From: a virus
DNA: 64,000 nt
Reading direction: 5' to 3' (one strand)
IMG/VR virus record: IMGVR_UViG_3300009370_001603
Location: 1 to 64,000 of that record
How positions within the stretch are numbered: the stretch's first letter is position 1; every line of letters begins with the position of its first letter. The position numbers and the translations under genes were made by a program. A model generated the notes under the pieces. That model was not told the origin of the DNA. It saw only the letters and a program-made list of their open reading frames with translations, and searched no databases. Below are positions 1 through 9,164 of this stretch, piece by piece.

Positions 1-150
1 ATGGATGGCAATTATATTAATATGAATATGATAGGCTCCCACGCCCAACTGGACGAATTAAGAACGAGAGATGAGTTTAGGTCGTCACCAGAGGGCGATG
101 TGATCGAGGGGTCAGAACTCCCATTCGAGGTAGATGAAGATGAAATTTGA
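1..150 (+). CDS. 3' end of an upstream gene (partial), possibly the acidic tail of a DnaB-like replicative helicase
   Basis: Frame +1 is open from base 1 to TGA at 148-150 (DGNYINMNMIG...LPFEVDEDEI*) and overlaps the next start. Helicase identity is inferred only from position upstream of primase. Confidence 0.35.
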   Translation: MDGNYINMNMIGSHAQLDELRTRDEFRSSPEGDVIEGSELPFEVDEDEI

Positions 151-1264
151 AGACGGGATTAAATTAGACTTTGATGATGTCTTAATTAAACCTAAAAGGT
201 CAACATTGGCTACTAGGTCTGGTGTTTGTATTGAAAAGGCTTATAGATATCTCCATTCTGATATACGAGAATTGGCAGTTCCCATAATAGCGGCGAACAT
301 GGACACAACGGGAACCTTTGCCATGTCAGAGGCTCTTGCTGGATTTGAAGGTGGGATCGGTATGCAGACCGCCCTGCATAAACACTACAGCCTTGCCGAA
401 CTGACTAAATATTATAAAGCTGACTGGCGTTTAAATACTTGGTTTACAATAGGCATCAAGGAGGATGATGTTCGCAGGCTGCGTCACATACAGAAGGAAA
501 CACGGTTCTATGATAATGGAATATCCTTGAGGTGTGAGATTGGTATAGAGAAAATCTGTATTGATGTGGCCAATGGATACCAAAAGGTTTTTGTTGACCA
601 CGTTAAAAGAATCAGAGACGAGTTTCCTTACGCTGTTATTATGGCTGGCAATGTTTGCACCCCAGAGATGGTAAGTGAATTACTCATCAGCGGCGGCGCA
701 GATATCGTAAAGATAGGAATTGGGCCGGGAAGCGTGTGTGCCACCAGAAGAATAACGGGTTGCGGATACCCACAGTTGTCAGCTATTATAGAGTGTGCTG
801 ACGCTGCCCACGGAATAGGTGGCCACATTTGTGCTGACGGTGGCTGCAAGCACGCGGGAGATGTTGTAAAAGCTTTTGCTGCTGGAGCAGACTTTGTAAT
901 GCTCGGAGGCATGTTGGCTGGCACGGATGAGTGCGAAGGTGAGTGGGAATACGAGACCTTGGGGGAACGCCATAAAGATGGATATGGATACTATGATGGA
1001 TATCATCATAAGAAAAAAGTAAAAAAATCGCTAAAGTTCTATGGGATGTCCAGTGAGGCGGCCATGAATAAACATAGCGGAGGAATGAAGTCATACAAAG
1101 CCTCAGAAGGTATAGTTAAAAGCGTCCCCTATAAAGGGCCTGCTAAAAACGTAATACAGGAAGTTGCCGGTGGCATTAGAAGTGCCTGTGCCTATGTAGG
1201 GGCGCCAACACTAAAAGATCTTCCCAAATGCTCAACGTTTATTCGGGTAAATAGAACACATTAA
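134..1264 (+). CDS. guaC: GMP reductase (IMPDH/GMPR family)
   Basis: LDFDDVLIKPKRS, ANMDTTG, IDVANGY, GIGPGSVCATR (catalytic Cys), GYPQLSA, ADGG, FYGMSS, ASEG; no CBS domains. Confidence 0.9.
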   Translation: MKMKFEDGIKLDFDDVLIKPKRSTLATRSGVCIEKAYRYLHSDIRELAVPIIAANMDTTGTFAMSEALAGFEGGIGMQTALHKHYSLAELTKYYKADWRLNTWFTIGIKEDDVRRLRHIQKETRFYDNGISLRCEIGIEKICIDVANGYQKVFVDHVKRIRDEFPYAVIMAGNVCTPEMVSELLISGGADIVKIGIGPGSVCATRRITGCGYPQLSAIIECADAAHGIGGHICADGGCKHAGDVVKAFAAGADFVMLGGMLAGTDECEGEWEYETLGERHKDGYGYYDGYHHKKKVKKSLKFYGMSSEAAMNKHSGGMKSYKASEGIVKSVPYKGPAKNVIQEVAGGIRSACAYVGAPTLKDLPKCSTFIRVNRTH

Positions 1265-1276
1265 GAAAGAAAAGCA

Positions 1277-1438
1277 ATGTTAGCAATATATGCAATATCA
1301 ATATCAACGTTATGCTATCTGGCTTGTGGAATAAATAATATTCGACAGAAAGATTTTCCCCACGCTTTAGTGTGGTTCGCATACGCAACAGCAAATGTAG
1401 GATTCCTGTGGTATGAACTCACAAAAAACAAACAATAA
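1277..1438 (+). CDS. small membrane protein (53 aa), not in the ORF track
   Basis: MLAIYAISISTLCYLACGINNIRQKDFPHALVWFAYATANVGFLWYELTKNKQ*; two hydrophobic segments; fills the guaC-primase gap. Confidence 0.55.
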   Translation: MLAIYAISISTLCYLACGINNIRQKDFPHALVWFAYATANVGFLWYELTKNKQ

Positions 1439-2441
1439 AACTTTAGACCTAAACAAAGTAAAAAACATTGTATTCGAAGACATTGAATTGCTTTTAGATA
1501 GTTTTAACTTGGAATATGAACAGGTCGCGGATAATATATTTATGAGGTGTCCTGCTCATGAGGGCAGCGACAACCCACAGGGTGTATCCATTTCGTTGAC
1601 CAAGCAGGCTTGGAGATGCTGGACTCGTGGCTGTCACGAACATTACAGCACGGATATTTTTGGTTTTGTAAAAGGGGTACTAGATACCGAATCATTTTCA
1701 GATGCGCTTAGATATATCTGTCAGCTTTATAATGTTAATGACGCCAAGACCGACGCTAAGGAAAAGGGTAAGCCAAGAGAGAGCATATTTGGAGATTTAG
1801 TAAAAACTGTACGCAAGAAAGATGACTTAATAACAGTACGACCACAAATCGAGAGTGTAGAAACCGATCAAAGATCGCCATATTTTGAAAGCAGAGGATT
1901 TAGCCGTAGTACACTTAGTTACTTTGGTGTAAGAGATTGCAATAACAATAAGTCTCCAATGCGCCATCGTTCTATTATACCGATCAGCTTCAAGGGAACA
2001 CAGGTCGGCTATATAGCTAGATCCACAAAAGATTGGTTACAGCCAAAATACCTATTCTCCAGCGGAATAAAGAAAACTGATTATTTGTATAATTATGATG
2101 ATGCTATTGAGGGCGCAAAGAGAATCGGATGCATGTTTCTTGTTGAAGGGCAGGGCGATGTCTGGAAGCTTTGGGAGTGCGGAGTAAAAAATGTTGTAGG
2201 ATTATTTGGGAAGGACATATCTTGCCAGCAAAGAAGCCTACTCCTTAAAAGTGGGGTAACCACACTGGTTGTTCTCACAGACAATGATCAAGCTGGAAGG
2301 GAGTCAAAAATCAAAATAAAGAGGGATATAGGTAGGCTATTCAAGTTGACATTTCCCAGAATGCACACAAAGGATCTAGGCAACATGCCGGTTGAAACAA
2401 TAAAAAACAATCTGTTAGAAGATTTGAGAGGATGCTATTAA
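1413..2441 (+). CDS. DNA primase (zinc-binding domain + TOPRIM)
   Basis: CPAH...CWTRGC zinc finger; VEGQGDV and DNDQAG TOPRIM motifs. Confidence 0.88.
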   Translation: MNSQKTNNKTLDLNKVKNIVFEDIELLLDSFNLEYEQVADNIFMRCPAHEGSDNPQGVSISLTKQAWRCWTRGCHEHYSTDIFGFVKGVLDTESFSDALRYICQLYNVNDAKTDAKEKGKPRESIFGDLVKTVRKKDDLITVRPQIESVETDQRSPYFESRGFSRSTLSYFGVRDCNNNKSPMRHRSIIPISFKGTQVGYIARSTKDWLQPKYLFSSGIKKTDYLYNYDDAIEGAKRIGCMFLVEGQGDVWKLWECGVKNVVGLFGKDISCQQRSLLLKSGVTTLVVLTDNDQAGRESKIKIKRDIGRLFKLTFPRMHTKDLGNMPVETIKNNLLEDLRGCY

Positions 2442-3178
2442 TGATTATAGGAATTTCAGGGCGTAAGCAGGCAGGCAAGAATACTGTTGCTAATATACTT
2501 CATGGCATATGCTTAAAAGAGCAGGGGCTTGTTAAAGATTGGAACCTTAATGGTGGCGGCGAATTAATGATTCTAACCGACAGCGTTGATGGTGAAGAGG
2601 GGTGGGGCGAATTTGACATATCGAGAAAAGACGATCAGTTTGTTGAGTACGCAAACCTGAACATGTGGCCACACGTTAAGCTCTATAGCTTTGCTGACCA
2701 TCTTAAATGGATATGCGTAAAACTCTTTGGTATACCCCATGAGTGCGTATTTGGAACTGACAAGCAGAAGAATCAGATTCAGGAGCATCTCCGTTGGGAA
2801 CTAATGCCCGGACACGTCACAACTCATCATGGCTATGGACCAATGACCGCCCGCGAGTTTATGCAGTTCTTCGGGACAGATATCATGCGTAAGATACATG
2901 AACCCATATGGGTAAATAGCTGTATCAGAATAATACAAGCGGAACAATCGGGATTAGCTATCATTGCAGATGTTCGCTTCCCCAATGAGGCGAAAATTAT
3001 TGAAGACAATGGCGGTCACGTTGTTCGCTTAAAAAGACAGCTATTCGATGATAGCCATTCTAGCGAAGTTGCGCTCGATGATTACCCCTTCGCTCATTAT
3101 ATTGACAATAGGGACGAAAGTATCGACTCCTTAATGGAGAAGGTTAAAAAACTATACCATCACCTAAAGGAGAAATAA
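2441..3178 (+). CDS. deoxynucleoside monophosphate kinase (T4 gp1-like)
   Basis: IIGISGRKQAGKNT P-loop, SFADHLK, REFMQFFGTD, DVRFPNE, HSSE. Start set at the TAATG overlap. Confidence 0.85.
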   Translation: MIIGISGRKQAGKNTVANILHGICLKEQGLVKDWNLNGGGELMILTDSVDGEEGWGEFDISRKDDQFVEYANLNMWPHVKLYSFADHLKWICVKLFGIPHECVFGTDKQKNQIQEHLRWELMPGHVTTHHGYGPMTAREFMQFFGTDIMRKIHEPIWVNSCIRIIQAEQSGLAIIADVRFPNEAKIIEDNGGHVVRLKRQLFDDSHSSEVALDDYPFAHYIDNRDESIDSLMEKVKKLYHHLKEK

Positions 3179-4215
3179 TGCTAGTTACTTATGTTAGAAG
3201 CTCAAGTTATAACAACTATGAGTTTTGCCAAATGCAATACTTTATAACTTATGTTCTTGGTCATCAATCCGATAGCGGTAAAAAGGCAGAACAGGGCACA
3301 ATGGCCCACAAGGTCATGGAAATCTTAGCGGGGCTTAAAAAGTTCCAACAAGATAACCCGAAAAGAAAATACCTTGTGGTAGACGATGATGCTGCCGGTA
3401 AAATCAAAGTCCACGAAAGTAAATTGCACACAGAAGACTTTGTAAATGAGTTATGTGATATCAGCATTGATTGTTATGCAAAAGACTCTAAACATAAGTT
3501 TGCCCCAGCAGACAGGCGGGCAGTAAATGAATGTGTTTCGACCTTCTTGACTCATGCAAATGGTCAGTTTGATCCTAGACTCAGGGATATTTACCACCCA
3601 GAGCCTCATTTTGATATCCCAATTGAAGAAGATTGGGCTAAATTTGAATACGAATTAAACGGCGAAAAGGTTGAGGGGCAATTAGCTATTAAGGGTACGA
3701 TTGACCTCGTGACCAAGATCTCCGATGATACAATTGAGGTTGTTGACTGGAAAAGCGGTCGCCGCATGGATTGGGCTACAGGCGAAGAGAAAGATTATGC
3801 AAAACTAGAGAATGACCCCCAACTTTTGCTATATTTCTATGCAATTTCTAAGCTATATCCGGATTTTCCCAACAGGATTATGAGCATATTTTTCTACAAA
3901 GATATGGAAGGAGAAGTAGATCCAAAGCCTTTTAGCCTATGTTTTGGCCCCAAAGATGAAACCAGATTCTTAGAGATGCTAAGGAACAGAGTAGAAGAAA
4001 TTAGACAAAATAACAGCCCCAACCTACTAGACCCCACGAGAAGTCATTGGAAATGCAAGTATCTGTGTCATTTTTGCAAAAACGATTGGCCGGGGACAGA
4101 TAAAAAAATGTGTATATATATAGAGGAGCACTTGAAAGAGAACGGTATGGAAAAAACCGTTGAAGAGTGCACTAGGGAAGGCTTTAATATAGGATTTTAT
4201 GAGGCACCGGGGTAA
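3178..4215 (+). CDS. PD-(D/E)XK / Cas4-RecB-like exonuclease with probable Fe-S cysteines
   Basis: N-terminal FCQMQY, G..AH, KGTIDL, VVDWKSG, QLLLY, C-terminal CKYLCHFC. Confidence 0.8.
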   Translation: MLVTYVRSSSYNNYEFCQMQYFITYVLGHQSDSGKKAEQGTMAHKVMEILAGLKKFQQDNPKRKYLVVDDDAAGKIKVHESKLHTEDFVNELCDISIDCYAKDSKHKFAPADRRAVNECVSTFLTHANGQFDPRLRDIYHPEPHFDIPIEEDWAKFEYELNGEKVEGQLAIKGTIDLVTKISDDTIEVVDWKSGRRMDWATGEEKDYAKLENDPQLLLYFYAISKLYPDFPNRIMSIFFYKDMEGEVDPKPFSLCFGPKDETRFLEMLRNRVEEIRQNNSPNLLDPTRSHWKCKYLCHFCKNDWPGTDKKMCIYIEEHLKENGMEKTVEECTREGFNIGFYEAPG

Positions 4216-4242
4216 TAATATAACGGAGACTAAATTGAAATC

Positions 4243-5508
4243 ATGATGAAAAGACGAGAATTTTTAACATATGGAACTAGTTTCCTTGGTGGGGCATTTT
4301 TAGCCGATAAAAACGTTTCAGTTGTATATGCTGACGACTACTCCCCCAAGGTAAATAGCAATGAAAATAGCGTAATTTTCCTATGGATGGGCGGTGGAGC
4401 TACTCATATTGAAACATTTAACCCAATTCCCGATTCACCCATCGAGCGAAGGTCTGCCACAGGGTTTATTGATACCACAGTCCCGTCAGTTAAAATAGGC
4501 GGACTTTTCCAAGAGGTTGCCAAAAGATTTGATAAGGTCAATATTGTTAGAAGTTTTGCCCATAAAGATTCTAGCCATCAAACCGCTACGCACTGGGTTG
4601 TTGGGGGAGAAAGAAACCAAGGCGGCACTGTACAAAAATACCCTAGCTATGGAGCTATGATTGCAAATTCCTATGGGCCAGTATCTCACCCCCATGGCTT
4701 ACCTACGTACATAAAGATGAATAAGATTGAGGGCGACGGGGCGGCTTGGCTAGGTCAAAAATATATGGGCTACGAAGCCAGCAAAGAGGGCGTAGGCGAT
4801 TTGCAGTTAAAGATGCCCAAAGAAAGATTCATGCAAAGAAAAGGCATTTTAGATTTAATAGAAGGGCACTCCCCACTAAACGGAAAGGGGTTGGCTTGGA
4901 GAGAATTCCAAAGTCAGGCTGTAACCGCAATCACCGGAAAAGCCGCAGAGTCTTTTCGGATAGAAGAAGACACTAATTATGATTTATTTAAAGGCAATCA
5001 GCTGGGTAAGGATATGCTCTCAGCTATAAGGGCTATTCAAAATGGTGCCAAATTTGTAAATATCCAATATGGTGGATGGGATATGCACAGCAATATTGTT
5101 AATGGCTTAAAATCCAGACAGGTGGTTCTAGATCAATATATAGCACTTCTAATGGATGAGCTACAGGCTAGAAGCCTCTTTGATAAAACATTACTGGTGG
5201 TTGCCACGGAATTCGGCAGAACACCAAAAATCAATAAAAATGCGGGTCGTGACCACTGGAGTGGAAGCGTACCCCTAATGTTTGCTGGCGGCGGTTATGA
5301 CGCTGGACGTGCTATTGGAACGTCCAACGCTAACGCCGAAGTGCCTCAAGACGGAGAGTGCGGCCCAGCAGATTTAAGATGGACCGTACTAAATCACATG
5401 GGCATACAGAGAAACAATACTTGGATGAGTATTGAAGGTCGCCCAATGCCAGTTACTGGTGGTGAAGAAAAGAACATCTTAACCGATATCGATGTGGGTA
5501 TCGGGTAG
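4243..5508 (+). CDS. DUF1501 family protein with twin-arginine (Tat) signal
   Basis: KRREFL leader; FLWMGGGATHIETF, GGWDMH, TEFGRTPKINKNAGRDHW. Confidence 0.85.
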   Translation: MMKRREFLTYGTSFLGGAFLADKNVSVVYADDYSPKVNSNENSVIFLWMGGGATHIETFNPIPDSPIERRSATGFIDTTVPSVKIGGLFQEVAKRFDKVNIVRSFAHKDSSHQTATHWVVGGERNQGGTVQKYPSYGAMIANSYGPVSHPHGLPTYIKMNKIEGDGAAWLGQKYMGYEASKEGVGDLQLKMPKERFMQRKGILDLIEGHSPLNGKGLAWREFQSQAVTAITGKAAESFRIEEDTNYDLFKGNQLGKDMLSAIRAIQNGAKFVNIQYGGWDMHSNIVNGLKSRQVVLDQYIALLMDELQARSLFDKTLLVVATEFGRTPKINKNAGRDHWSGSVPLMFAGGGYDAGRAIGTSNANAEVPQDGECGPADLRWTVLNHMGIQRNNTWMSIEGRPMPVTGGEEKNILTDIDVGIG

Positions 5509-5556
5509 TTTCGATAACGTTAGCCAGATGCTAACTAATCTTGTAGGAGATTTATT

Positions 5557-5697
5557 ATGCCATTATTTGATGGTCCTATTGCTTGTTTTATTAGAAAACA
5601 TAAATTGGTCAGACGCATTGCCTTCGTAGGCGGCGCGCTCGTAGGTTTGTACTTTTTAGGCGCATCTCAAGGATGGTGGTCTAGATTTTTATTCTAA
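5557..5697 (+). CDS. small membrane protein (46 aa), not in the ORF track
   Basis: AGGAGA RBS, then MPLFDGPIACFIRKHKLVRRIAFVGGALVGLYFLGASQGWWSRFLF*. Confidence 0.6.
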   Translation: MPLFDGPIACFIRKHKLVRRIAFVGGALVGLYFLGASQGWWSRFLF

Positions 5698-5707
5698 AGG
5701 AGAAAAA

Positions 5708-6100
5708 ATGAAGAATATATTGCTAACGTCGGTGTGTTTCGTTTTGTTTTGTGGGGCCAGTTTTGCACAGCAGGCTAAACCTCAAGCTAAACCTCAAGCT
5801 AAACCTCAAGCTAAGAAACCTGCACCCCCAAGAACCTCCACCGATATGGCGGAACTTATCTTTAAACGGATGGATGCTAATCATGATGGCTCAATTTCCC
5901 TAAAGGAATTTAAAACTGCTTTTCCACGAATGCGTCAAGGCTATACCCGTGGAAGCAGCCCCTCACGAGGAAGTAGCCAAGGGCGAACCCGTAGTTTTGA
6001 CGGTAGAACCCCCAGCTTTCGTCCTCCAGAAGGTCGCTCTAGGGAAAATTCCCGCTCAAGGGGAAGGTCTCATCGGGGTAAGCCCAGTAGGGACAAATAA
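5708..6100 (+). CDS. secreted EF-hand protein with QAKP repeats and Arg/Ser-rich tail
   Basis: Signal peptide ending ASFA; EF-hand loop DANHDGSISLKE; AGGAG RBS. Confidence 0.7.
   Translation: MKNILLTSVCFVLFCGASFAQQAKPQAKPQAKPQAKKPAPPRTSTDMAELIFKRMDANHDGSISLKEFKTAFPRMRQGYTRGSSPSRGSSQGRTRSFDGRTPSFRPPEGRSRENSRSRGRSHRGKPSRDK
5774..5814 (+). repeat. 12-bp coding tandem repeat (GCTAAACCTCAA x3.4)
   Basis: Read directly; encodes AKPQ repeats. Confidence 0.9.
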
Positions 6101-6102
6101 TC

Positions 6103-6486
6103 ATGCCAATACCATCTAAAAAGAAGGGTGAAGACCCTAAAACGTTTATGTCTCGCTGCATGGGAGATGACGTTATGAATAGTGAGTATCCAGATCAATC
6201 TCAAAGGTCTGCTGTTTGCATGAGTAAGGCTACAGAGTATCTTGGAGTCATCGAGGCGGCAGACTTTCAAATGAAGTATAAGCTGGAGTCGGACGACAAG
6301 GCTGGATATCCACCGAATTGTAACGAAGGGTACGTAGAAAAAGATGGTAAATGTGTGCCCTTAAAAAAGGAGGGGGCAGCCTTTAAATACGAACATCCTA
6401 AAACGGGAGAAACGTATACCTATGTGAGGAGAGGTATCTACAAAAAAGATGGTTTATTTTTAATTTACAGGGGGCAAACCAAATAA
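6103..6486 (+). CDS. hypothetical phage protein with two small Cys-pair motifs
   Basis: MPIP..K.GE...FMSRCM...EYPD..QR.AVC and CNEGYVEKDGKCVP. Confidence 0.55.
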   Translation: MPIPSKKKGEDPKTFMSRCMGDDVMNSEYPDQSQRSAVCMSKATEYLGVIEAADFQMKYKLESDDKAGYPPNCNEGYVEKDGKCVPLKKEGAAFKYEHPKTGETYTYVRRGIYKKDGLFLIYRGQTK

Positions 6487-6491
6487 AGAGA

Positions 6492-6755
6492 ATGAAGTAT
6501 CCACAATTAATTTATCACGGTCTGCTATGCTCTTGCTTGATTATCTCTCTGTATTTTAATTTTAGCCTGAACAAGGAAATAGACCATTTAAGGCTCGGAG
6601 TCTATTCGGCAAACTCAATATCAGTAGAGGCCCAAATGAAGGTTGAAACAGCATTGCAAATGCTATCAACTGATGGGGCAAGAGAGGTCGAGAGGATTGC
6701 CGAAGAAGTATATAAGAACATGAAAGAAAAAGAACTTGAGGGAGAAGAGAGTTAA
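6492..6755 (+). CDS. membrane-anchored hypothetical protein
   Basis: N-terminal hydrophobic helix; TAATG coupling to the next gene. Confidence 0.55.
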   Translation: MKYPQLIYHGLLCSCLIISLYFNFSLNKEIDHLRLGVYSANSISVEAQMKVETALQMLSTDGAREVERIAEEVYKNMKEKELEGEES

Positions 6756-7969
6756 TGGAGAGACGAAAGTTTTTATCATCACTAGCTGGCGTGGTGGCAC
6801 TGACGCAAACACTAAAAGCTAATCAGCAGGAATTAAAAAAGAATGGTAAATCGGCCATCCTCCTATGGATGGGAGGTGGCCCCTCTACTATGGACATATG
6901 GGACTTAAAACCAGACGCGGCTACTGGAGGTCCATTTAAACCCATTTCCACCACTGGAGATGTTGAGATCTGTGAACACATGCCGCTAATGGCCAAGCAA
7001 ATGCACAACATGGCTATTATTAGAAGTATGAGCACTCGTGAGGCGGATCACATGCGAGGCCGTTACTATATGCACACTGGTTATGTTCCTAATCCAAATA
7101 TGGAACATCCGAGCTACGGCTCAGTTATATCTAAACAGTTGGAGAAGGAAGGTCTCTTAATCCCACAGTTCGTGTCTGTAAATGGCCCAAGTATGGGTGC
7201 CGGTTTCTTAGGTGCTCAATATGCACCGTTTACCGTGAATAGCGATGGTAGGATTAGAAATCTCGACATGAAAATAGACGAGAGATTCTACCAAAGGGCC
7301 GCTGTCCTCGACTTGATGGAAAAGAATTTCATTAATCAAAATAGAGGCTCCTTGGCCAAAGAGCACCAAAAGGTTCTCAAAAAGACATTTAATGTTTTAA
7401 CCAGTAAAGAAATGGATGCCACAAAGGTGGCCAATGAGCCAGAGGACGTAAGAGAAAGATACGGCGACAACAATTTCGGCAAAGGGTGCCTAATGGCTAG
7501 ACGTTTAGTAGAAGTTGGCGTCCCGTTCATAGAAGTCGGTTTAGGGGGCTGGGATAATCACCAAAATATATTCCCAACATTAAGAGACACAAAGTTACCC
7601 ATGCTCGATCAGGGCATGAGCGCTTTAGTAGAAGATTTAGAACAAAGAGGGTTATTGGAGGATACAGCTATTATATGGATGGGTGAATTTAGTAGAACCC
7701 CCCGTATCAACGGCAATGCTGGTCGTGACCATTGGGCGCGAAGCTGGAGCGTTGTCGTTGGCGGCGGCGGGATGAACGGCGGGATCGCTATCGGTAAAAC
7801 CAACGCAGATGGCACTCGTGTAGAAACAGAGCCATACACATCTCAGGATGTCATGGCCTCAATCTGCAAAGCACTCGGCATTTCGTTACAAACTACTTAC
7901 ACAAGCAATAGTGGTCGCCCCATGAAGATAGCTAATTCAGGAAAAATAATTACTGAACTATTTTCTTAG
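6755..7969 (+). CDS. second DUF1501 family protein with Tat signal
   Basis: ERRKFL leader; LLWMGGGPSTMDIWDLKP, GGWDNH, GEFSRTPRINGNAGRDHW. Confidence 0.88.
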   Translation: MERRKFLSSLAGVVALTQTLKANQQELKKNGKSAILLWMGGGPSTMDIWDLKPDAATGGPFKPISTTGDVEICEHMPLMAKQMHNMAIIRSMSTREADHMRGRYYMHTGYVPNPNMEHPSYGSVISKQLEKEGLLIPQFVSVNGPSMGAGFLGAQYAPFTVNSDGRIRNLDMKIDERFYQRAAVLDLMEKNFINQNRGSLAKEHQKVLKKTFNVLTSKEMDATKVANEPEDVRERYGDNNFGKGCLMARRLVEVGVPFIEVGLGGWDNHQNIFPTLRDTKLPMLDQGMSALVEDLEQRGLLEDTAIIWMGEFSRTPRINGNAGRDHWARSWSVVVGGGGMNGGIAIGKTNADGTRVETEPYTSQDVMASICKALGISLQTTYTSNSGRPMKIANSGKIITELFS

Positions 7970-7981
7970 AGGTATCCAAAA

Positions 7982-8287
7982 ATGAAATTCTTAAAATACG
8001 CGGTTTTCCTACTCTTTGCTATAACGACAGCTAACTTGGGCCTCACGGGTTACATGTATCACAAATCAAAAGAGCACGCAGAACATGAAATCGTTATTCC
8101 CCCCAATCCCATATTAGAGCAATCCTTGGGAAATGGTGTAGTAAGAGATACTCAAATCATGCAAGGGATCTTAATGACGCATCACAAACTGGGTGTGCAT
8201 CCCCCCGGAAAACAAGCCATGTGCCCATTGTGTGAACAGGAAGAGGGCGCGGATTCAAATATTATCACTGTTCAACGGGGGAGTTAA
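7982..8287 (+). CDS. membrane-anchored/secreted hypothetical protein with HH...CPLC
   Basis: Hydrophobic N-terminus; CxxC near the C-terminus. Confidence 0.55.
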   Translation: MKFLKYAVFLLFAITTANLGLTGYMYHKSKEHAEHEIVIPPNPILEQSLGNGVVRDTQIMQGILMTHHKLGVHPPGKQAMCPLCEQEEGADSNIITVQRGS

Positions 8288-8434
8288 GTGCGTTTTTACG
8301 AGTCAAGACAAACAAGAACATCACCGCTTAAATACACACTAGAGTTGTCACCAGAAGAGGCGGAGAAGGTAAAGAAGGAGTTGTTTGAAATAATAAACAA
8401 AATCAAAGGGGAAGAAAATGAAAAAGCTACTTAA
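8288..8434 (+). CDS. small hypothetical protein (48 aa, GTG start)
   Basis: Open frame directly after the previous stop, overlapping the next start; not in the ORF track. Confidence 0.35.
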   Translation: MRFYESRQTRTSPLKYTLELSPEEAEKVKKELFEIINKIKGEENEKAT

Positions 8435-9038
8435 ATACTTATGTACAGCACTCTTGGTGTGCCTTATGTTTACCCCTCCTCTGGACGCGCAGGAAGTCAA
8501 AACCGTAGTTCGACTCAAGATGCATAAGGCTACTCAGCTATATAGGCTTGGTGACGAAGATCAATCCAACCGCCTAGTCAACGAGACCATTGAGATCATG
8601 CTCAACGAAATACGTTCTGGCAACGTGGAGCCTTGGATGAAAGAAGGGCTGAATTTAGCAATGCGGGCGACTATGCGTCCCGCTGGAGAAATCGAGAAGG
8701 TTATGAAAGAAGTTGACTTGCAGCTATCGATCAAAAAGACGGTCGATGCTATGAAACTAATCAATAACCCCCCAAAGCCCCCAGAAAGAATTAGCGGTTC
8801 AGAACTTCATCAGCACCTTAGAAATCTAGATAACTCAAGGGCCACTAAAGAGTTTTTAAGGGCTAGGCACCGCGCCGTTGGATATCGACCAATTATTACA
8901 TGGTTCCCGCAGGGCACTTCTATGTCCGTTGGGCCAGTAATTGTCTCCCCAGACCGCCGCTACGTGAGGATAGGCGTTTCTATGACTCAAAGTGGTATAA
9001 CCGGAGTCAATACGTTCAACTTCTCTGGGGGGAGATAG
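8418..9038 (+). CDS. secreted protein with a C-terminal planctomycete-type secretin-like motif
   Basis: Signal peptide; C-terminal GYRPIITWFPQGTSMSVGPVIVSPDRRYVRIG...VNTFNF. Confidence 0.55.
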   Translation: MKKLLKYLCTALLVCLMFTPPLDAQEVKTVVRLKMHKATQLYRLGDEDQSNRLVNETIEIMLNEIRSGNVEPWMKEGLNLAMRATMRPAGEIEKVMKEVDLQLSIKKTVDAMKLINNPPKPPERISGSELHQHLRNLDNSRATKEFLRARHRAVGYRPIITWFPQGTSMSVGPVIVSPDRRYVRIGVSMTQSGITGVNTFNFSGGR

Positions 9039-9071
9039 TGGCGAAATAAATCCACATTTAGGAAATAAAAG

Positions 9072-9102
9072 GATTGGAAAACACAAGGTAATTGACTATT
9101 AT
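9072..9102 (+). promoter_or_regulatory. putative phage promoter GATTGGAA-N16-CTATTAT upstream of dnaE-N
   Basis: The same GGAA-N16-CTATTAT spacing recurs upstream of ssb. Confidence 0.5.
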
Positions 9103-9164
9103 ATTGTGTATCTGGGGTCAGTTCAGGCCCAAGCTGTTGAATAATAAATATTGAAGGAAAGTAT

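Noticed and set aside
5519-5535. Inverted repeat GTTAGC-CAGAT-GCTAAC after the first DUF1501 gene
   Set aside because: Only a 6-bp stem, no U-tract and no second copy; could be chance.
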